Shown here: positions 58,719 to 64,000 of the stretch, piece after piece
How the letters are laid out: each line of letters begins with the position of its first letter
Position numbering within the stretch: position 1 is the stretch's first letter
Made by a program: the position numbers and the translations under genes
The notes under the pieces: model-generated
Databases searched by the model: none
The model's input: only the letters and a program-made list of their open reading frames with translations
What the model was told of the DNA's origin: nothing
DNA from: Trueperaceae bacterium
GTDB taxonomy: Bacteria > Deinococcota > Deinococci > Deinococcales > Trueperaceae
Assembly (NCBI GenBank): GCA_965214405.1
Contig: OZ243956.1
Coordinates: 1,888,001-1,952,000, forward strand
DNA length: 64,000 nucleotides
Direction: 5' to 3'

Positions 58719-59737
58719 TGCCGGGAGAACACACCTTTAAGGAAATCATGTCGCAGCCCGATGCGTGGAGGGCGGCGCTCGAGCTTCTGCGCGCGCACTC
58801 GAGCGAGATCGCGGCCCTCCGTCCCCGCGACTTCGACGAAGTCATCTTCACGGGCTGCGGCTCGACCTACTATCTGGCGCTCGCGGCGGCGGCGCTCTTT
58901 AGAGAACTCGACGGCGTATACGCCCGCGGCTTGCCCGCCTCTGAAATCTGGCTTTATCCCAAAGCGGCGTATAACGCGGAGCGCAAAACCTTACTGGTGG
59001 CGGTCAGCCGCTCGGGCACGACGACCGAGACGGTGCGGGCGGTGGAGAGTTTCAAAAGACACGCGAACGGCAGGGTCGTCACCCTCACCTGCTATCCGCA
59101 GAGCGTATTGGCGCGGTTAGGGGACCTGAACTTGGTCTTTAAGTCCGGGCAAGAAGAGAGCGTCGCGCAAACGCGGGCTTTCAGCGTGCTCTACTTGGCG
59201 ACCACTTTTCTCTCTCACATGTGGGCGGAGGAGTCGCTCGAGGCGCTCAACGTTTTGCCCGATGTGTGTGGGAGGCTGCTCGAGACGCACGCCCCCCTCG
59301 CCAAACGTTTGGGGCAAAACCGTCAGTTTGACCGCTTTTACTTTCTGGGCTCCGGGCCGCGCTACGGCCTGGCCTGCGAACTGAGCCTCAAGATGAAAGA
59401 GATGACTCTAAGCCACTCCGAGCCCTTTCACTTTTTAGAGTTCCGGCATGGCCCGCAGTCGATGGTGAGTGACATGACGCTTCTTATCGGGCTCGTGTCC
59501 GAGGCTAACGGTGATAAAGAGCGCGCCGTGCTGAGCGAGATGAAAGCGCGCGGCGCGCAGGTCTTGAGTTTGGCCGAAAAAAATGCCGACATCACGTTCG
59601 GTTCAGGACTGCCCGAAAGCTTACGCAACCTCCTTTACCTGCCCGTGGTTCAGCTTCTGGCTTTTGAACGCTCGCTTTCGAAGGGTCTCGATCCCGATAG
59701 ACCTCATAACTTGGAGGCGGTGGTTATGCTCGAGTAG
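58718..59737 (+). CDS. Double-SIS sugar-phosphate isomerase/deaminase (AgaS/GlmS-C-like)
   Basis: EIMSQP, GCGST, SRSGTTTE, LKMKEM, EFRHGP, PDRPHNL. Confidence 0.85.
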   Translation: MPGEHTFKEIMSQPDAWRAALELLRAHSSEIAALRPRDFDEVIFTGCGSTYYLALAAAALFRELDGVYARGLPASEIWLYPKAAYNAERKTLLVAVSRSGTTTETVRAVESFKRHANGRVVTLTCYPQSVLARLGDLNLVFKSGQEESVAQTRAFSVLYLATTFLSHMWAEESLEALNVLPDVCGRLLETHAPLAKRLGQNRQFDRFYFLGSGPRYGLACELSLKMKEMTLSHSEPFHFLEFRHGPQSMVSDMTLLIGLVSEANGDKERAVLSEMKARGAQVLSLAEKNADITFGSGLPESLRNLLYLPVVQLLAFERSLSKGLDPDRPHNLEAVVMLE

Positions 59738-59796
59738 CCACTTATCTTCCGGTCCGCTTCGTCAACCCTCACACCCCCATTCTCAGGAGGTCACAC

Positions 59797-61002
59797 GTGA
59801 AACGGTTTCTCGTACTCTGCACTTTTCTAGGCTGCTTCTCGGCTGCGCTCGCGCAGACCACCATCAGCTACGCCATCTGGGACAACAACCAGCTCCCGGC
59901 GCACGAGCAAATCGTCGCCGCTTTCGAAGAGGAACACCCGGACATCAACGTCGACATCCAGGTGGTGCCCTGGGGCAACTACTGGGACAAGCTCCAAACC
60001 GCCGTCGCGGGCGGCGAGGCTTACGACGTGTTCTGGATGAACGGCCCGAACTTCCCCGTCTACGCGTCCAACGGCGTCCTGATGAACCTGCAAGACCGCG
60101 CGTCTGCGGAAGACCTGGACACGAGCGTCTACCCGCAAGCCCTGGTCGACCTGTATAGTTTTGAAGGCGACGTTTACGGCCTGCCCAAAGACTTCGACAC
60201 CATCGCGCTCTACTACAACAAAGACATGTTCGACGCGGCCGGGGTGGACTACCCGAACGCCGACTGGACCTGGGATGATTTGAAGAGCACCGCGCAAGCC
60301 CTCACCAAAGACGGCAACTGGGGCTTCGCCTCGACCACGGCGGACCAGGCGGGCTACTGGAACTTCATCTTTGAAAACGGCGGCCAGGTCCTTAGCGAGG
60401 ACGGCACGCAGGTTCTGATCGGCGAGCCCGCCGCTTGCGACGCCATCGACTACCTCTACAGCTTCGTGCAAGACGGCCTCTCGCCGGACGGCGCGACCAT
60501 GTCCTCGGTCGACCCCTGGACGCAACTTTTCCCCGGCGGGCGGGTCGGCATGGTGGTGGGCGGTTCGTGGTTGGCACGCACCTACGCCGACGCCGAGCCG
60601 ACCATCGACGTTGCCCCCTTGCCCCGAGCGCGAGAGCGCGCCAGCATCATCCACGGCCTCGCCAACGTCGTGTGGTCGAGAACCGAAAATCCCGACGCGG
60701 CCTGGGAATTCGCCAAGTTTTTGGGTGGCGACCAGGCGGCGACCATTCTGGCGCAGTCCGGCACGGTCATCCCGGCCTACAACGGCTTTCAGGACGCCTG
60801 GGTCGAGTCGGTTCCCGACATGAACTTACGCGTTTTCATGGACGCCACCGAGTACGCCGTGCCCTACCCGACGGCGGCGCAGGGCATGGAGTGGAACGTC
60901 AAGATTGCCGAGGTCTTGGGCGAAGTCTGGAACGGCAACGAGCCCATCGAAGGGGCGTGTCAAGAAGCTGCCAGCGCTGCCAACGCGGTGCTAAGTCAGT
61001 AG
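59797..61002 (+). CDS. Sugar ABC transporter substrate-binding protein
   Basis: Signal peptide, YWDKLQT, YGLPKD, LYYNKDMFDAAG, WTWDD. Confidence 0.9.
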   Translation: MKRFLVLCTFLGCFSAALAQTTISYAIWDNNQLPAHEQIVAAFEEEHPDINVDIQVVPWGNYWDKLQTAVAGGEAYDVFWMNGPNFPVYASNGVLMNLQDRASAEDLDTSVYPQALVDLYSFEGDVYGLPKDFDTIALYYNKDMFDAAGVDYPNADWTWDDLKSTAQALTKDGNWGFASTTADQAGYWNFIFENGGQVLSEDGTQVLIGEPAACDAIDYLYSFVQDGLSPDGATMSSVDPWTQLFPGGRVGMVVGGSWLARTYADAEPTIDVAPLPRARERASIIHGLANVVWSRTENPDAAWEFAKFLGGDQAATILAQSGTVIPAYNGFQDAWVESVPDMNLRVFMDATEYAVPYPTAAQGMEWNVKIAEVLGEVWNGNEPIEGACQEAASAANAVLSQ

Positions 61003-61116
61003 GACAGGATAAAGCGAAAAGGTGAAGGAAAGAGACAGCGGCCTTTTGGCTGACTCACGGTGCTTTCTTTCACCTCAGTCCCCATCTCTTCTAAATCTTC
61101 TATAAGGAGTCGTGTA

Positions 61117-62013
61117 GTGGCGCTTAACGTCAGAAGAAGTCGAAAGGCCCGCCTCGAGGCCATGTGGGGCTACCTGATGATCGCCCCGATGCTGGTAGGT
61201 CTCGGCGTGTTCTTTTATCTGGCGTTGGGCGCTTCGTTCTTTGTCAGCCTGACCGAGTGGGACGTGCTGACCGCGCCCGAGTGGGTCGGCTTTGAAAACT
61301 ACCGCACCCTCTTCGCCGACGCTACCTTCCGGCGGGCGCTGTGGAACACCACCTACTACACCCTGCTGAGCGTTCCCATCGGCGTCCTCGTGTCGTTGGT
61401 GCTGGCGGTCGCGCTCAACACCAACCTGCGCTTTCGCAACCTCTACCGCCTCATTTTCTTCTTGCCCGTTTTGACAATGCCCGTCGCCATCGGGGTGGTG
61501 TGGAACTGGATTTACAACCCGGACTTCGGACTTTTCAACCAGGTGATAGGGCTTGTGGGCGGCCCCCGCATCAAATGGCTTACCGACCCGAACTTCGCCA
61601 TGCCCGCGCTTGTCATTTTGGCGGTCTGGCAGGGGTCGGGTTACGGCATGATTATCTTTTTAGCGGGGCTGCAAAATATCCCCAAAGAGTATTACGAGGC
61701 GGCGCAAATCGACGGGGCGACCGGCTGGCACCGCTTTCGCTTTGTCACGCTGCCCCTACTCAGCCCGACGATGTTTTTCGTGACGGTCACGTCGCTGATT
61801 AGCGCATTTCAAGTGTTCGACATCGTTTACGCGATGACCGCGGGGCGCGCCTCGGACACGCTGCGCACCGTCGTCTATATGATTTACGAGGAAGGGTTTA
61901 GATATTTCCGCATGGGTCAGGCCACCGCCGTCGCCTGGATTCTCTTCGCCATTATTTTGGTCGTCACCGCCGTGCAGTTGCGGTTGCAGCGGCGCTGGGT
62001 TCACTATGAATAG
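61117..62013 (+). CDS. Sugar ABC transporter permease
   Basis: WVGFENY, LAGLQNIP..YYEAAQIDGA loop; GTG 61117 after aaggag. Confidence 0.9.
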   Translation: MALNVRRSRKARLEAMWGYLMIAPMLVGLGVFFYLALGASFFVSLTEWDVLTAPEWVGFENYRTLFADATFRRALWNTTYYTLLSVPIGVLVSLVLAVALNTNLRFRNLYRLIFFLPVLTMPVAIGVVWNWIYNPDFGLFNQVIGLVGGPRIKWLTDPNFAMPALVILAVWQGSGYGMIIFLAGLQNIPKEYYEAAQIDGATGWHRFRFVTLPLLSPTMFFVTVTSLISAFQVFDIVYAMTAGRASDTLRTVVYMIYEEGFRYFRMGQATAVAWILFAIILVVTAVQLRLQRRWVHYE

Positions 62014-62047
62014 ATTTGTGAATAGCTTTAAGAATAGGAGGTGAAGG

Positions 62048-62935
62048 ATGCAAAAATCGGTTCGGAAGGTGAACGCTAGACCCAAGAGAGACTCAGACGG
62101 CGCGCGCCGTCACTTCGGCAACCACGCCCGCTTCGGCCTCCTGCACCTCGTTTTAATTGTCGCAGGCGTTACCGCGCTCGTCCCGTTTATTTGGATGATT
62201 TCGACCTCGCTCAAGGGGCAGATGGAAGTCTTGAGCGCCACGCCCACCTTTTGGCCCGAGGCGTGGCGCTGGCAGAACTATAAAGAAGTGTTTGAGCAGG
62301 TTCCCTTCGGGCGCTTTTACCTCAACACCGTTATCGTGACGGTGGCGAGGGTGATAGGCCAAGTTTTTTTCGCCGCGCTGGCCGCCTTTGCCTTTGCACG
62401 CCTCAAGTTTCCCGGTCGCAACCTTCTTTTTTTTGGTGTACTCGCGGTGATGATGGTGCCGGGGCAGGTCACGCTCGTGCCCAACTACGTCATCTTGAAG
62501 TATTTGGGCTGGCTCGACTCCTACCAGGGTTTAATCGTGCCGAGCTTGTTCAGCGCCTTTGGCACCTTTTTGCTGCGGCAGTTTTACCTGTCGCTGCCGC
62601 AAAACCTCATCGACGCGGCTATTTTGGAGGGCTGCAACCCGCTGCAGGTTTTCTGGCACGTGGCCTTGCCGCTCTCGCGCTCGATCATGGTCGCCTTCGG
62701 CGTGCTCGTCACGCTCTGGTCGTGGAACGACTTTTTGTGGCCGCTGATTATCACCAACTCGACCGACATGCAGATGCTCTCGGTCGGCATCGCCTACTTC
62801 CAGGGGCAGTTCGTCAGCAACTTCGCCGTGATGATGGCGGCGGCGACGCTGGCGACCTTGCCGATGGTGATTGTTTTTATCTTCGCGCAGCGTTATCTGA
62901 TTGAGGGCATCACTATGAGCGGGATGAAGTTGTGA
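62048..62935 (+). CDS. Sugar ABC transporter permease
   Basis: FLLRQFY, LIDAAILEG, WNDFLWP. Confidence 0.9.
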   Translation: MQKSVRKVNARPKRDSDGARRHFGNHARFGLLHLVLIVAGVTALVPFIWMISTSLKGQMEVLSATPTFWPEAWRWQNYKEVFEQVPFGRFYLNTVIVTVARVIGQVFFAALAAFAFARLKFPGRNLLFFGVLAVMMVPGQVTLVPNYVILKYLGWLDSYQGLIVPSLFSAFGTFLLRQFYLSLPQNLIDAAILEGCNPLQVFWHVALPLSRSIMVAFGVLVTLWSWNDFLWPLIITNSTDMQMLSVGIAYFQGQFVSNFAVMMAAATLATLPMVIVFIFAQRYLIEGITMSGMKL

Positions 62936-63047
62936 GGGGAAGAAGTTAGTGGTTGGTGATGGGTGGTTAGAGAATGCGGGGTGAGTTGACATGAAGTAAG
63001 TGGCAACCGGGAAAACGTCTAAAAGCTCATTTTCCAAGGAGGAAAGC

Positions 63048-64000
63048 ATGAGAAAAGCTCTTATTACACTCTCCCTCTCCCTGCTGTTCAGCGTTTCGCT
63101 GGCGCAGACCGACATCACCTTTATGGCCTGGGGTTCGCCCGAAGAACTCACCGTCTGGCAGACCATCGCCGACGAATTCAGCGCGTCTCACCCCGACATC
63201 AACGTCACGGTGGACGTGAGCGACTGGGAAGCGTATTTCAACAAGCTCCAAACGCTCTTCGCGGGCGGCACACCGCCGGACGTGTTTGCGATGGACGCGC
63301 CCCTCTATCCCGACTGGCAGTCTAGGGGCGTTCTAAAGAACTTGCAGCCCTACCTGGACGCCGAGCCGGGGCTCTTGGACGGGTTTTATCCGGTGACGCT
63401 GCAAGCTTATGAGACCGAAGACGGGTATTACGGCTTACCGAGGGATTTCCAGACCATCGTCCTCTACTACAACAAAGACATGTTCGACGCGGCGGGTGTG
63501 GACTACCCGACGAACGACTGGACGCTTCAAGACTTGCGCGACGCCGCCAAGGCCCTCACCCAAGACACCGACGGCGACGGCCAAACCGACCAGTGGGGCT
63601 TTTGGGCCGACTTCTACGACCTGGAACTCTTCTGGGGCGGGGCGATCTGGGGCTCCGGCGGGCAAGTCATCAGCGACGACCACACCGAGACGTTGCTGGC
63701 CGAGGGTCCGGCAAGGGACGTGTGGCACATGATGAGCGACATGATATTTGAAGACGGCTCGGTGCCCACCACGGGCGAGGCCGAACAGTACGGTTACGAT
63801 ATCTTCTTGGCCGAGCGCGCCGCCATGACGACCATCGGTCACTGGGTGGTGCCCGAGTACACCGCGCAGGGCATCGACTTCGGCGTGGCCGCTTTCCCGG
63901 CGGGTCCGGAGGAGCGGGCGACGGTCGTCAACAGCGCGGGCTTCGTGATAGCCGACGCCTCGCCGAACGCCGACGCCGCCTGGGAATTTATCAAGTACGC
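63048..64000 (+). CDS. Second sugar ABC substrate-binding protein (runs off right edge; absent from ORF track)
   Basis: aaggagg RBS, MRKALITLSLSLLFSVSLAQTDITFMAWGS..., YGLPRD, LYYNKDMFDAAG. Confidence 0.88.
   Translation, partial: MRKALITLSLSLLFSVSLAQTDITFMAWGSPEELTVWQTIADEFSASHPDINVTVDVSDWEAYFNKLQTLFAGGTPPDVFAMDAPLYPDWQSRGVLKNLQPYLDAEPGLLDGFYPVTLQAYETEDGYYGLPRDFQTIVLYYNKDMFDAAGVDYPTNDWTLQDLRDAAKALTQDTDGDGQTDQWGFWADFYDLELFWGGAIWGSGGQVISDDHTETLLAEGPARDVWHMMSDMIFEDGSVPTTGEAEQYGYDIFLAERAAMTTIGHWVVPEYTAQGIDFGVAAFPAGPEERATVVNSAGFVIADASPNADAAWEFIKY

Overview
GC-rich bacterial chromosome segment. Gene content and style suggest Deinococcota (Trueperaceae-like); this is an inference. There are four zones. 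(1) 1-12250 is housekeeping: sbcC 3' end, an ECF sigma/RskA-type anti-sigma pair with a Met-rich CHRD protein, nrdR, an SDR, accD-accA, an M42 peptidase, a 2H phosphoesterase, ypdA, nth and pilC. (2) 12252-52865 is a ~40.6 kb Tn7-like transposon that starts 1 bp after the pilC stop codon. It has TGTAGGG...CCCTACA ends with repeated TGCAA boxes, tnsA-tnsB-tnsC and two related tniQ genes. One tniQ was originally fused in frame to a C-terminal XRE helix-turn-helix and is now split by an IS5-family element; the other is a 611-aa TnsD-like protein. Cargo comprises XRE regulators with a double operator, a five-gene MADS-like defence operon (mad2/5/6/7/8-like), a STAND NTPase, DUF429, a second ECF/anti-sigma module with CHRD/cupredoxin and Tyr-rich Ig-repeat lipoproteins, and a merF remnant. 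(3) 52873-54421 begins with a second, same-orientation transposon end abutting the first element, followed by gene debris. This suggests repeated insertion at a pilC attachment site. (4) 54558-64000 is an amino-sugar/tagatose-pathway catabolic locus with ABC transport and two copies of a TGAGCGA-N11-TCGCTCA operator. No CRISPR array, cas gene, rRNA or tRNA was seen. All family calls come from motif recognition by eye, not database searches.
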